In this document: positions 34,445 through 45,403 of the stretch, in pieces
Layout of the letters: the number at the start of each line of letters is the position of its first letter
Position numbering within the stretch: the stretch's first letter is position 1
From: Planctomycetota bacterium
GTDB lineage: Bacteria > Planctomycetota > Planctomycetia > Pirellulales > Lacipirellulaceae
Reading direction: 5' to 3'
Length of the DNA: 63,646 nucleotides
Assembly: GCA_022614705.1 (NCBI GenBank)
Contig: JAKEIB010000030.1
Coordinates: forward strand, 1-63,646
Translations under genes and position numbers: made by a program
Notes under the pieces: generated by a model
What the model was told of the DNA's origin: nothing
Seen by the model: only the letters and a program-made list of their open reading frames with translations
Database searches by the model: none

Positions 34445-35128
34445 ATGAACGCGCGCACCTTGATGACTTCAGCCGCTGCCCTCGCTCTCACTTTTTCATT
34501 TGCCGCCACGAGCTTCGCCGATCGCGAAGTCAAAATCTTCAATGGAAAGGACTTCAAGGGTTGGACCAAGCGCGGCGGCGCCGCCACTTACGCAGTCGAG
34601 GACGGCGCGATCGTCGGCCGCAGTGTACCGAATACTCAGAACACGTTTCTTTGCACCGACAAAGAATATGGCGACTTCACGCTGGAACTCGACTTCAAGG
34701 TCGATTCCAAGAACAGCTTCAACTCGGGCGTGCAGATTCGCAGCCATAGCCGGCCCGAAGGAGATCAAGAGCGCGTGTACGGCTATCAGGTCGAAATGGA
34801 CACCGACCCCGATCGCGCATGGACGGGCGGCATCTATTTTGAGGGCGGCAGCAAGGAAAGACCGGCCGGTTGGCTCAATGATCTCGCCAACAACGAAGCG
34901 GCTCAGAAAGAGCGGCGCCTGGACAAATGGAATCACTTCAAGATCGAGTGCAAGGGGCGGAACATAAAGACCTGGCTGAACGGCGTGCCCGCCGCCGATT
35001 TCACCGACAAAGATGACAAGGCGTTCGCGCCAAAGGGCTTCATTGCCCTCCAGGTGCATGGCGTCGGCGATCTCAAGGACACGAGAGAAGTGCGCTGGAA
35101 GAATATCAAGCTGACCGTGCCAGAGTAG
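34445..35128 (+). CDS. DUF1080 (3-keto-disaccharide hydrolase-like) secreted protein
   Basis: IFNGKDFKGWTK...GDFTLELDFKV...NSGVQIRS...GYQVEMD...WNHFKIECKGRNIKTWLNG...GFIALQVHG, with a signal peptide. Confidence 0.85.
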   Translation: MNARTLMTSAAALALTFSFAATSFADREVKIFNGKDFKGWTKRGGAATYAVEDGAIVGRSVPNTQNTFLCTDKEYGDFTLELDFKVDSKNSFNSGVQIRSHSRPEGDQERVYGYQVEMDTDPDRAWTGGIYFEGGSKERPAGWLNDLANNEAAQKERRLDKWNHFKIECKGRNIKTWLNGVPAADFTDKDDKAFAPKGFIALQVHGVGDLKDTREVRWKNIKLTVPE

Positions 35129-35139
35129 GACTGCAATTG

Positions 35140-35218
35140 CCGTAGCTGAGGTCTGTTGCTGTAGCCGGGGTCTGTGACCCCGGCCATGACAAGCCGGCCT
35201 CATAGAGGCCAGCTACAG
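35140..35218. repeat. BIME-like element, copy 4, with partially duplicated left end
   Basis: cgtagctgaggtctgttgctgtagccggggtctgtgaccccggccatgacaagccggcctcatagaggccagctacag. Confidence 0.85.
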
Positions 35219-36028
35219 TATTTCGATGGCACCGGGCGCGGCCTTGCGAATCGAATCGTCGGCCACGCGCGCGAGCGGCGTGTAGCGCGGATGGCGACCC
35301 TCTTTGTACGGATCGTTGCGCCGCGCGTTGTAGCAGCACACGAGCGCCCAGCGATCGTCGGGCGAGTGGTTCTGATCGCTACGGTGCAACAGATTCGGGT
35401 GAAAAAACAGCGCGTCGCCGGGATTCATTTCGACGTACACGAGTTCCAAGCGTTCGGCCGCGGCGGCCACGCGCTCAGGATCGGCGCCCGTTTGATCGCC
35501 GGTTTTCACGTGCGTGATGCGGCCCATCGCCTGCGACCCGCGCAGCACTTGCAGACAGCCGTTGGCGCGCGTGGCCGGATCGACGGCGATGAACACGCTG
35601 CACAGATCGGGAAATAACACGCCATTTTCGTACCAATAACCATAGTCCTGATGCCAGGCCCACGCACCGCCCGTGCGGGCCTCCTTCATGATCATCTTCG
35701 AGTGGTAGTGGTACGGCTCGTCGCCAAGAATCTGCTCGACGCGATCCACAACGCGCCGATTGCGGCTGAACATGCCGTACAAATCGTCGCCCGGATGATT
35801 CCACAACGACAAGCGCACGCTGCCGCCTTCGCCGTCCGTGCGGCCGTATGCTTGCTCATCGAGCGCGCGATCGCGCTTGGCCGAATCGCGCAGCATTCCG
35901 ATTTCATCGCGGTCGAACAGCTCGCGCACAAGCACATAGCCGTCGCGCTGGTAGGCGGCAAGATCGTCGGCGGTAAGCAAACCCCTGTGCATCGTAAGAA
36001 GAACTGTCGAGTGACAATAATGCTGCAA
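35213..36028 (-). CDS. Phytanoyl-CoA dioxygenase (PhyH) family Fe(II)/2-oxoglutarate oxygenase
   Basis: LTADDLAAYQRDGYVLVRELF, WHQDYGYW and FFHPNLLHRSDQN. A start at 35989 (MHRGLL) is also possible. The TAG stop lies in the repeat arm. Confidence 0.8.
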   Translation of the reverse strand: MQHYCHSTVLLTMHRGLLTADDLAAYQRDGYVLVRELFDRDEIGMLRDSAKRDRALDEQAYGRTDGEGGSVRLSLWNHPGDDLYGMFSRNRRVVDRVEQILGDEPYHYHSKMIMKEARTGGAWAWHQDYGYWYENGVLFPDLCSVFIAVDPATRANGCLQVLRGSQAMGRITHVKTGDQTGADPERVAAAAERLELVYVEMNPGDALFFHPNLLHRSDQNHSPDDRWALVCCYNARRNDPYKEGRHPRYTPLARVADDSIRKAAPGAIEIL

Positions 36029-36106
36029 CCGCGATTGTAGCCGAGTGCGTCAAACTCGGCGAGTGTGAGGCCGTTGGGCAGCTGAACACAGCCCCATTTG
36101 GATCAA

Positions 36107-37732
36107 TTAGCTGGGTCTGTTGATGGCGGCGACTGTAGCGATCACGGCCAGCGCAGTGAAGTATAAGCCTCCAAATACCAAGCCGAAGCGGATGAACCAG
36201 TTGGGCCGTAGCTGGCGCGGGAGCAAAATCAGATTCACGGCCAGCACGTGGAAGCAACTGAAGCCGAGGGCGTAGTTGTAAATGTTCGTGGCCCATTCGA
36301 GCAGCCGACGCGGGTCCCAGAGCGTCAGTGACGTCAGCCCGAAAACCGCGTACGCGCAAACGGCGGTAAAATAGAGCCAGCGAATGCGGTGCGGATCCCA
36401 ACGACGGACCAGCGGAATCGCCGTCCAGAATAAGTCGACCCAGCGACGAAGGGCGCCGTCGACGGTTGTCACGGCGGCGGGCGCCAAGACGAGAAAGCCG
36501 CAAAACAGCGCCATCAGCCAGAAAAGTTGGCCCCACTGCGGCGCGGCGGCGTCGCGCAATCCGTCGGCCGTCATGCTGGCAGCGATCCAGCGATCTTTCA
36601 CTTCCGTGCCGCGAGGCAAGAATTGCACGCTGAGCATGCTCGGCAACGCCACACCCACGAAGCAAGCCGGCAGCCAGACAACAAGTTGGTCGCGCATGAG
36701 AAATCGATACCAGCTGCGAAAGTGCGAAATTGAATCGCTGGTAAGCGGAAACACCATCCCCACGTGCGAGAGCTCGAACCGCTGTCCGCCGATTGCGCTC
36801 GGGATCGCGCCGACTCGCTTGCCCATGCCCCAGCCTTGGTCGCGGGTGTAGCCGCTGAGTGCCGTGTTCGTAAGTCCGCCGTTGCCGGAAATCGCCGCCA
36901 GCGCGCCGAGCACGGCGATCATGCTCAGGTCGATCGCGGGCAGTGGCCGACCCTGCCACAATGCCACGAAGACGTTGTCCACACCCGGCGGCGCGCTCGG
37001 ATCAGGATTGACGACGGGGACGGTGCCGAATTTGGCGAAGCCGGAAAGTATCTCCGCCCAAGTTTGGGGCGTTGAGAACAAGACGGCGACTAACACCAAG
37101 AATCCAAACACGACGACGACCTTAAACGTCATGATCGCCTTTAGTGCGTTGAACACCTTGCCGCCGAAGATAAGCGGCAACAGCACGAGGAGAAACACGA
37201 CGTATTGAAGCGATTGGATGATGGACTCGCCAGTGAGTGTCATACCCACCAGGTCGTACTCGCGCGTGGAACTCGGAACCTCGCCCAAGATCAGCGCCGC
37301 CAGCGGCGTCGCGGCGTTGGCGATGAGATACGGGAACACCGATCCGAAGTCCAGAAACAAGTACACGACAAGCCAGAACAGCGGTCCCGGCAAGATTCGA
37401 AACTTACCGGTGAAAATCGGCTCGCCGCAATAAAGCGTGTAGCGACAGATTTCCAGATTGTAAATCACCTGGACGATGATCGAAACGGTAGCCAACCACA
37501 GAATCGCGCCCCCGTAGCGGGCGGTGGTCATCGGTCCCGCAAGCCATTCGCCGCCGCCAATCGCCGCGCCGGCCGCGACGAGCCCTGGCCCCAAGTGGAG
37601 CGTCCAGCTTCGCAGCGTGAGCTTCGGCGCCACGGGCAACTCGCCAATATCCCAGCGCGGCATCGCCTTCGAACCGGGATACGGGGCAAGTTGCTCGTGA
37701 GACAGTTCCGCCGATGCTGCCTCAACTTTCAA
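36107..37732 (-). CDS. Nramp-like multi-pass membrane transporter
   Basis: About 11-12 TM segments. [21 protein letters not shown] resembles the Nramp/MntH N-terminal motif. The start overlaps the sulfatase stop by 4 nt. Confidence 0.6.
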   Translation of the reverse strand: MKVEAASAELSHEQLAPYPGSKAMPRWDIGELPVAPKLTLRSWTLHLGPGLVAAGAAIGGGEWLAGPMTTARYGGAILWLATVSIIVQVIYNLEICRYTLYCGEPIFTGKFRILPGPLFWLVVYLFLDFGSVFPYLIANAATPLAALILGEVPSSTREYDLVGMTLTGESIIQSLQYVVFLLVLLPLIFGGKVFNALKAIMTFKVVVVFGFLVLVAVLFSTPQTWAEILSGFAKFGTVPVVNPDPSAPPGVDNVFVALWQGRPLPAIDLSMIAVLGALAAISGNGGLTNTALSGYTRDQGWGMGKRVGAIPSAIGGQRFELSHVGMVFPLTSDSISHFRSWYRFLMRDQLVVWLPACFVGVALPSMLSVQFLPRGTEVKDRWIAASMTADGLRDAAAPQWGQLFWLMALFCGFLVLAPAAVTTVDGALRRWVDLFWTAIPLVRRWDPHRIRWLYFTAVCAYAVFGLTSLTLWDPRRLLEWATNIYNYALGFSCFHVLAVNLILLPRQLRPNWFIRFGLVFGGLYFTALAVIATVAAINRPS

Positions 37733-39396
37733 TTTCCGGCCTCCGCGGGTTTTTCCTTCGGCTGTTTCTTCTTAACCGGCTCGCCCGAGTCGTAGCGTTC
37801 CTCGCCCTCCCATGGATCGACGTCGGCGCGCTTCGCCCAGGCCTCCCACTCGGCAATGAGCTGTTGCGCGACTTTAGGCTCTTGCTCGACGAGATTGTGC
37901 TGCTCGGTGCGATCGGCGTCGATGTCGTACAGCTCCCACGGGCCCATGAATTTCATCACGAGTTTCCACTTGCCTTTGCGGATGGCGCGATTGCCCTCGT
38001 GCTCCCAATAGATCGGCGCCTTGCGATCAATGGGCTGTCCGGACAGGGCAGGAACCAAGCTCGCGCCTTCCATCGGCTGAATCTTTTGGCCGTTGCGCTC
38101 GGTCGCGTATTTGGCGCCGCTCACTTCGACGGCCGTGCGCATGATATCGACGAGGTGGCCCGGCTGGTGTTCCAATTGGCCGTTGCGCTCGGATGGAATT
38201 CCGCCTGGCCAGTGAACGACGAGCGGCGTAGAGATGCCGCCTTCGTGCGTGAAATGCTTATAGCGCCGCAGCGGCGTGTTGGCGAGCGTGGCCCAGGATT
38301 GGCCGAGAAATACGTTTGACTGCGGCCCGCCGGGCTCTTGGCCTTCGAGCTTGCCACGCGGGCCCGATTCGGCGTTCCCGCCGTTGTCCGCTAGCACAAA
38401 GATGAGAGTGCTATCCAACACGCCACGCGTTTTGAGACCCTCGACAAGCGTGCCTACACTGTGGTCCAGGCGATCAATCATCGCGGCGTAGATCGCCATG
38501 ATGTGATCGAAATGTTCCTTGTCTTTGTCGTTGAGCGAATCCCAGGCGGGCACGTCCGGCGGGCGCGCCGAAAGCGGCCATTTGGGATCGACGAGCCCCA
38601 TTTCAATTTGCCGCCGGTGACGCTCGTCGCGCAGCTTGTCCCAGCCGACCATGTACTTGCCGCGGTAACGATCGATGTCCGCTTGCGGTACCTGAAGTGG
38701 AAAATGAACTGACGAATGCGGTAGGTAATAAAAGAACGGCTCTTTCGCCGCGATCGCTTCGTCGATGAATTTCAAGCCCCACTCGGTAAGGAGGTCGGGT
38801 CCGTACCAATTCGTGCCCAATTCGGGGTCGCCGACTTTCAGCATCTTGGCATTGAGATACACGCCTTCCGACAGCCGCTGTTTTTGACCCGGAAAGTACA
38901 GCTCGCCGATCGGCGAGTTGAGGCTGCGCATGAATCCGCGCCAGAACGGGGGCGTGCCATGGTAATGGCCCATGTGCCATTTGCCGGTCATGATCGTGAA
39001 GTAGCCGGCGTCGCCGAGCACCTCGGCCATGGTGACGCAATCGTCGCGTAGGCGGCCTTGCGTACCGATTGAATTAGGCCGAACGAGGTTATCGAGAAAG
39101 CCGAGGCCAGCCTGATGCGGATAGAGGCCGGTAAGGAGCGATGCCCGCGTGGGGCTGCAGCGGGCCGTGTTGTAAAACTGCGTGAAGCGTACGCCGCCAT
39201 CGGCCAGCGCGTTGATGTTCGGCGTGGGGATTTCGCTGCCGTAGCAGCCGAGATCGGACCAACCCATGTCGTCGATCAGGATGACGACGATGTTGGGGGG
39301 GGTTGGAGGCTGAGCAAATAGTCGAACGGCGCTGAAGATGCATATCGCAAAGGCGCATGCGAAAAGCGCTATGGAATGCGGCTGATTGGTTTTCAT
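37729..39396 (-). CDS. Arylsulfatase (formylglycine-dependent sulfatase family)
   Basis: Signal peptide, then [19 protein letters not shown] and the FGly motif [14 protein letters not shown] 39396 is chosen. The longer ORF to 39768 overlaps sucD and is Arg/Pro-rich nonsense. Confidence 0.9.
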   Translation of the reverse strand: MKTNQPHSIALFACAFAICIFSAVRLFAQPPTPPNIVVILIDDMGWSDLGCYGSEIPTPNINALADGGVRFTQFYNTARCSPTRASLLTGLYPHQAGLGFLDNLVRPNSIGTQGRLRDDCVTMAEVLGDAGYFTIMTGKWHMGHYHGTPPFWRGFMRSLNSPIGELYFPGQKQRLSEGVYLNAKMLKVGDPELGTNWYGPDLLTEWGLKFIDEAIAAKEPFFYYLPHSSVHFPLQVPQADIDRYRGKYMVGWDKLRDERHRRQIEMGLVDPKWPLSARPPDVPAWDSLNDKDKEHFDHIMAIYAAMIDRLDHSVGTLVEGLKTRGVLDSTLIFVLADNGGNAESGPRGKLEGQEPGGPQSNVFLGQSWATLANTPLRRYKHFTHEGGISTPLVVHWPGGIPSERNGQLEHQPGHLVDIMRTAVEVSGAKYATERNGQKIQPMEGASLVPALSGQPIDRKAPIYWEHEGNRAIRKGKWKLVMKFMGPWELYDIDADRTEQHNLVEQEPKVAQQLIAEWEAWAKRADVDPWEGEERYDSGEPVKKKQPKEKPAEAGN

Positions 39397-39450
39397 GACG
39401 CCGATTGTACTTGAGAGCGAGGAGCGCGCGCAGTGGCGGCACGGCAGACA

Positions 39451-39508
39451 ACGTAGCCGAGTGTCTCCGACACTTCCGCCGCGGCGGACGAGTTTCGGAG
39501 AAACTCGC

Positions 39509-39512
<4 letters not shown>
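39451..39512. repeat. TIR-plus-two-hairpins element (ACGTAGGCGAG family), copy 1
   Basis: acgtagccgagtgtctccgacacttccgccgcggcggacgagtttcggagaaactcgcctatg. The hairpins are gtgtc-tcc-gacac and gagtttc-gga-gaaactc. It contains the sucD stop codon. Confidence 0.8.
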
Positions 39513-40417
<905 letters not shown>

Positions 40418-40435
40418 GATTCGGTCCGAAATTCT

Positions 40436-40600
40436 TTAACCACAGAGGACACAGAGGTCACGGAAAGGAAGGAAGAGACGATGAAACACGAAGGATGAGT
40501 GATGAAGGACGGACGATGCGTGCGTTCATCCTTAATCCTTCATCTCTTATCTTTTATCCTTCTGCTTGTCTCTGTGACCTCTGTGTCCTCCGTGGTGAAT
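40436..40600. repeat. Nested periodic-arm inverted repeat (TAACCACA subfamily) in the sucC-sucD spacer
   Basis: Outer arms are ttaaccacagaggacacagaggtcacgg (40436-40463) and tctctgtgacctctgtgtcctccgtggtgaat (40569-40600). An inner pair is built on GATGAAGGA units. Confidence 0.85.
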
Positions 40601-40610
40601 AAATCTGTAC

Positions 40611-41816
40611 TTACTTCGCTGCCGCGACGACTTTATTCGCCGCGTCGGTCAAGTCTTTGGCCGCGATGATGTTGACGCCGCTTTCGGCCAGGATTTTGCG
40701 GCCCTGCTCTACCTCGGTGCCTTCCAAGCGCACGACTAACGGCACGTTGAAGCCGACTTGTTTGTACGCTTCGACGATCGCCTGGGCGATCGTGGTGCAG
40801 CGCATGATGCCGCCGAAGATGTTGACGAGGACGGCCTTTACCTCCTTGTCGGAAAGCAGGATGCGGAACGCCTCGGTGACCTGCTCGGTGTTCGCGCCGC
40901 CGCCGACGTCGAGGAAGTTGGCCGGCTCGCCGCCGTGGAGCTTGATGAGGTCCATCGTGGCCATGGCCAGCCCCGCGCCGTTCACCAGGCAACCGATGCT
41001 GCCATCGAGCTGCACATAGCTCAGGCCGGCCGCGGCGGCGCGGAGCTCGTTCGGGTCTTCCTCGCTGGTGTCGCGCAGCTCGGCTAGTTCGGGATGGCGG
41101 AAGAGCGCGTTGTCGTCGAAACTGATTTTGGCGTCGAGCGCGATGAGGTCGCCCAACTTCGTGACGACGAGCGGATTGATTTCCGCCAGGCTGCAATCGA
41201 GATCGACGAACACGCGACACAGCGACCGCATGAACTTTTCGGCCGAGCCCCCTCCCCTAACCCCTCCCCGAATCGGGGAGGGGTTGAGATCGAGCTTCGC
41301 GGCCAGCTTGCGGACTTGATACGGCTGCAGGCCGGCATCGGGGCAGAACGGCTCTTTGAGGATCAGGTGCGGCGTCTTTTCGGCAACTTCTTCGATGTTC
41401 ATGCCCCCAGCGCTAGAGGCCATCAGAACGGGCATGGCGGCGGCCCGGTCGATCACGATGCCGAGATAAAGCTCGCGGGCGATGTCGCAGCCGGCTTCGA
41501 CGAGCACGCGACGGACCGTCTGGCCCTCGGGTCCCGTTTGAATGGTGACGAGCTTGTTGCCGATCAGGTTCCTGGCAACTTTCGCCGCCTCGTCGGCACT
41601 GCGAACGAGCTGGACGCCGCGCTGCTGTGGATTATCTTTGATTGTGCCCTTGCCGCGTCCGCCGGCGTGAATTTGCGCTTTGACGATGGCGAGCGGGCCG
41701 CCCAATTGCTTGAACGCGGCGGCCGCTTCGTCGGCCGTCGTGGCAACCATGTGTTGCGGCACCGCAACGCCGGCTTTGCGAAGCAGTTCCTTGGCCTGGA
41801 ATTCGTGGATTTTCAT
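40611..41816 (-). CDS. sucC: Succinyl-CoA synthetase beta subunit
   Basis: [15 protein letters not shown]-grasp motifs, EINPLV and GGIMRC. It carries an in-frame ~13-aa insert ([13 protein letters not shown]) encoded by a perfect hairpin. Confidence 0.95.
   Translation of the reverse strand: MKIHEFQAKELLRKAGVAVPQHMVATTADEAAAAFKQLGGPLAIVKAQIHAGGRGKGTIKDNPQQRGVQLVRSADEAAKVARNLIGNKLVTIQTGPEGQTVRRVLVEAGCDIARELYLGIVIDRAAAMPVLMASSAGGMNIEEVAEKTPHLILKEPFCPDAGLQPYQVRKLAAKLDLNPSPIRGGVRGGGSAEKFMRSLCRVFVDLDCSLAEINPLVVTKLGDLIALDAKISFDDNALFRHPELAELRDTSEEDPNELRAAAAGLSYVQLDGSIGCLVNGAGLAMATMDLIKLHGGEPANFLDVGGGANTEQVTEAFRILLSDKEVKAVLVNIFGGIMRCTTIAQAIVEAYKQVGFNVPLVVRLEGTEVEQGRKILAESGVNIIAAKDLTDAANKVVAAAK
41247..41285. 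repeat. GC-rich perfect hairpin embedded in-frame in sucC
   Basis: aacccctcccc-gaatc-ggggaggggtt (41259-41285) is an 11-bp perfect stem. It is preceded by an extra cccctcccct unit. Confidence 0.85.
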
Positions 41817-41952
41817 GCGTACGTTAGCCTTTCTAGGCTGACATCCGATAATTAAACGGTCAGGCGAAAAACCCTGTCACGCGTAAAGCGTCGGGCTAAG
41901 AACGCCTAACACACGTAAAGCGTCAGGCTAGAAAGCCTAACGTACGTGAAGC
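41817..41952. repeat. One inverted plus three tandem ~32-nt hairpin units (GTCAGGC-n6-GCCTAAC-ACGTAAAGC)
   Basis: Units lie at 41859-41889, 41890-41921 and 41922-41952. An inverted copy gcgtacgttagcctttctaggctgac lies at 41817-41842. The region is the divergent sucC/apbE spacer. Confidence 0.75.
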
Positions 41953-41993
41953 GTTTGAGTATAGCGCCCGTCGATATTTAGGGTCAACCGCCG

Positions 41994-43016
41994 ATGCGAT
42001 TCGTCTTATTGTTGGGGCTCCTAGTCGCCAGCGGCGCGCGTGCGGAGACGCTTGCTCTTCGCGGCGCGACGATGGGCACGACGTACCACATCAAGTTCGT
42101 CGCGGAGCCGGGGTCCATCGATGCGGCCAGATTGCAGGCAGACGTTGAAAAGGTGCTGGCCGAGATCGACCGGCAGATGTCGACCTACCGCCCGGATTCG
42201 GAGCTGATCCGGTTCAATCGCGCGCCGGCGGGCGAGTGGTTTGCGGTTTCGGCGGCGACAGCGAAAGTTGTCGCGGCGGCACAAGCAATCAGCAAAAAAA
42301 CGGACGGCGCGATGGACGTGACGGTGGGGCCGCTGGTGCGACTGTGGCATTTCGGTCCGCCGACGGGTGATGACAACAAGTTCGTGCCGCCAACGGACAA
42401 AGCGATCGCCGCTGCGCGCAAGCGCGTCGGCTATCAAAACCTCGAAGTGAGAATGAAGCCACCGGCGCTGCGGAAGAAAATCGACGACATCGAAGTCGAT
42501 TTGTCGTCGATCGCGCCCGGATACGCGATCGATCGGCTAGCGCGGTTGATGGTGAAGCGCGGACTGAAGAATTTCATGGTGGAGCTCGGAGGCGAAGTGC
42601 GGGCAGCTGGGCGCCGGCAGGACGGCCAGCCGTGGCGGATCGCGGTCGAGCGACCCTCGGCCGGTGAGCGCGAATTGCAGTCGTCGGTCGCACTCGACAA
42701 CGCATCGATCGCCACGGCCGGTGACTACCGCAAGTTTTTCGAGCATCAGGGCCGGCGGTTCTCGCACATCATCGATCCCGCGACGGGCCGGCCGGTGGAG
42801 CATTCGTTGGCTTCGGTGACCGTGGTGGCCGACACGTGCATGGCCGCCGACGGCTGGGACACGCCGCTGCTGGTGCTCGGCCCGGAGCGCGGGTACGAGT
42901 GTGCGAAGAAGCACAACGTCGCGGCGATGTTCATTTGGCGCGACGGCAAGAAGTACGACGTCCGCGAGACGCCCGCCTGGCGTGCGCGGGTCAATCAAAG
43001 ACAGCATGCACAATAG
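41994..43016 (+). CDS. apbE: FAD:protein FMN transferase (ApbE family)
   Basis: TMGTTYHIKF, MSTYRPDSELIRFN, VTVGPLVRLW, IAPGYAIDRL and ATAGDYRKFFEHQGRRFSHIIDPATGRP. Confidence 0.9.
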   Translation: MRFVLLLGLLVASGARAETLALRGATMGTTYHIKFVAEPGSIDAARLQADVEKVLAEIDRQMSTYRPDSELIRFNRAPAGEWFAVSAATAKVVAAAQAISKKTDGAMDVTVGPLVRLWHFGPPTGDDNKFVPPTDKAIAAARKRVGYQNLEVRMKPPALRKKIDDIEVDLSSIAPGYAIDRLARLMVKRGLKNFMVELGGEVRAAGRRQDGQPWRIAVERPSAGERELQSSVALDNASIATAGDYRKFFEHQGRRFSHIIDPATGRPVEHSLASVTVVADTCMAADGWDTPLLVLGPERGYECAKKHNVAAMFIWRDGKKYDVRETPAWRARVNQRQHAQ

Positions 43017-43189
43017 CCGCGACCTCCATCGCCAATTCGTGGGAATGGAACGACCGCCCAGGCGACTTGCTAGCACTTGGCCGATGACCGCGGAGATTAC
43101 GTGGCTGGCGTTGTCCGAACCGCGCCGATTCGCTACCTTTCCGCGCGCTTTCTCCCGCATTCGTCGCACGCAAGCAAGGATCCAAGACC

Positions 43190-45262
43190 ATGCGTATTGC
43201 CGCAGTTTCACTGGGTGGGGTCGCTGGTTGGCCGACGCTCGAATTGTCCGCGGTCTCAGCTGGACTCAACGTCGTGTCTGGACCGGCGCGTTCCGGAAAA
43301 TCGACGCTTGCCGATTTGCTGGCCCATACTCTGCTCGGCAAGCCGCCCGTCGCATTAACCGTGATGGGGCAAATGCTTGCACCCACGGGCGAAGTGATCG
43401 TTGAAGGCCCGGCCCGGCAATACCGAGTGCGTCGTTACCAGGAGGCGGCCGGCACAGTCCGGCTCACAGTGGCCGCGCTCGACGGATCGCGGGCCGACGC
43501 GGAAACAATCCACAAACTTACAAGCGGCCTCTCGCCGCGCGTGCTGTCGCCGCTGTGCGCGGTGAGCTTTCGCGAGTCGCCGTACATTGGGCGGCTGCTC
43601 TCGACCGAGTTTGTGCGGGCGTGCAGTTTCATTCGTCGCGAACATGTGGTGCTGAACAGCCGGCGGATGGCGGAGCTGGCCGCACGGCGCGACCATCTCG
43701 CTCAGGAGTTGGAAACGCGGATCGCCGGCGAGCGCCGCGTGAGTAGAGAACTGGAAACGCGATGGGGCGAGCTCGATCGAATGGTACGCGAGGAACAGGA
43801 ACAAGTCGCGTCGCTGGAGCAGCGACTCACGGCGGTGGAAACTGCGTTAGCGGAAACTGACGCGCGGCTTCGCTATCGGCGGCTGGAACTCAACGTTGAA
43901 CGGCAGTGGCACACCGTCGAGACTGAGAACTGGGACACTCCGTTGTCGGAACTGGACGAACAAGTTGCCCGGTGGCGGACCGTTCTGTCCGAACTGGCCC
44001 AGCGGGAATCGAACGTTCGCGCGCGGCTCGCGGAGATGCAGCCGTCACCCGCGGCTGGTAGTTCAGCGGTGACCGATCAACGTGCCTGGCTGGCGGTGGC
44101 GCGGCAATTAGCAACTGACCTAGCCGGTGAAGTTTCGCGACTGGCCCGCTCAAGTGGTTCGGATCAATGCGTGTGCCGCGACGCGCACCCGCGATTGCGG
44201 CCGATCGTGGAAACGCTCGAACGGCAACTCGAAGTGCTGGAAACGTTGGCCGACGAACAACACCGAGCGATTTGTGCCGCGGATCTGCGTGTTGAAGTCG
44301 ATCGTTTGGCAGGTTCACAGGAAGAGTTGCGTCGGCATGTCGATCACTTGCTCGACCGGCGTCAGGCCTTGGCGGCCAGCGCAGGCACGGTTCGTGAAGT
44401 CGCCAGCGGAGCGCGGACTCTCTTCAGCGCGGCGGACGCCGAACAGCTCGAAACGCGTCGGTCCGATCTGGAGCACCAGCGGTTTGACCTCGTCGAGCGG
44501 CTGCGGACACATCGGAATGTGCTGCGAGACTTGCGGGCCCAGCGTGCAACGGTCGACCGCGAACGAGCTGCGCTGCTTTCCGCTCGGTCGATCGAGCACG
44601 TGCAGCGCGAATTGGCCGACGTGCAGCAGAAACTGGAGCGGACGGCGCAAATCCACCAGGACTCGGGCGTGGCGCGGTTTTTTGATGACTGCCCGGCCGT
44701 GGCGTCGGATTACTTAGCGCAGCTCTCCAACGGCGATCTCGTGCAGTTGATTCTCGGCAACAACGGCCTGGACGCGTGCGTCACCGACCGATCCGGCGAA
44801 ACGTTCCCCGTCGAGCTCCTGGCGGCCTCGCATCGCGATCAGGTTTACCTGAGCCTGTGCCTGGCATTGTTGCAGGCGGCGAGCCGGCAGGGAATCTGGT
44901 TGCCGCTCGTGCTGGACGAGCCATTCGAGCGGCTCGACGCGCGCGGGGCGGCCGCGCTTGCCGCGGTGCTAAACGACTTCTGTCGGCATGGACACCAGGT
45001 GCTCGTATTCACCGGCCAGCGCGAGGCGACCGATCGGCTGGCGTCGCACGGCGCGGCCGTGCATGACATACTCAACCTGCGCGGCAAACGGGCGCCCACC
45101 TCTGCAGCGCCACCAATTGAAACAAACTCAAGCGCTCCCTCGACCGTTGTAAAGCGCCGTCCCGCCAAGCGGCGCAAAAGCGCTGATCGCACGACGCCAG
45201 TTCGAACGGCGCGGCCGCTAAACGGCGAGTCATCGAGCACCGATCAAAGCGACGCGGCGTGA
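43190..45262 (+). CDS. SMC/SbcC/YhaN-like coiled-coil ABC-type ATPase
   Basis: N-terminal LNVVSGPARSGKSTL (Walker A) and ~450 aa of Arg/Glu/Leu-rich coiled coil. The C-terminus has SHRDQVYLSLCLALLQ (signature-like) and LPLVLDEPFERLD (Walker B), followed by a basic tail. Confidence 0.7.
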   Translation: MRIAAVSLGGVAGWPTLELSAVSAGLNVVSGPARSGKSTLADLLAHTLLGKPPVALTVMGQMLAPTGEVIVEGPARQYRVRRYQEAAGTVRLTVAALDGSRADAETIHKLTSGLSPRVLSPLCAVSFRESPYIGRLLSTEFVRACSFIRREHVVLNSRRMAELAARRDHLAQELETRIAGERRVSRELETRWGELDRMVREEQEQVASLEQRLTAVETALAETDARLRYRRLELNVERQWHTVETENWDTPLSELDEQVARWRTVLSELAQRESNVRARLAEMQPSPAAGSSAVTDQRAWLAVARQLATDLAGEVSRLARSSGSDQCVCRDAHPRLRPIVETLERQLEVLETLADEQHRAICAADLRVEVDRLAGSQEELRRHVDHLLDRRQALAASAGTVREVASGARTLFSAADAEQLETRRSDLEHQRFDLVERLRTHRNVLRDLRAQRATVDRERAALLSARSIEHVQRELADVQQKLERTAQIHQDSGVARFFDDCPAVASDYLAQLSNGDLVQLILGNNGLDACVTDRSGETFPVELLAASHRDQVYLSLCLALLQAASRQGIWLPLVLDEPFERLDARGAAALAAVLNDFCRHGHQVLVFTGQREATDRLASHGAAVHDILNLRGKRAPTSAAPPIETNSSAPSTVVKRRPAKRRKSADRTTPVRTARPLNGESSSTDQSDAA

Positions 45263-45403
45263 AGGATCGGCGGTAGTGGCGTTAATTGCGACGGGCACTG
45301 AATACTTCGTACGCGGTACTTAGTACTATGTACCAGGTACCCAAGTTCTTGCGGCGCGTCCGTTATCACATCCAGCGCCCTCGTACCACGAACGCCACGC
45401 GCG

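Noticed and set aside
35904-36959. 351-aa minus-strand ORF in an alternative frame over the Nramp-like gene
   Set aside because: It is an out-of-frame overlap with a 541-aa multi-TM ORF. The product is extremely Arg/Ala-rich.
41859-41952. Tandem ~32-nt repeats and the many periodic short repeats considered as possible CRISPR arrays
   Set aside because: The units are contiguous with no unique spacers. There are only three copies, no leader and no cas genes in the window. Other periodic tracts have 7-10 nt units, far too short for CRISPR.
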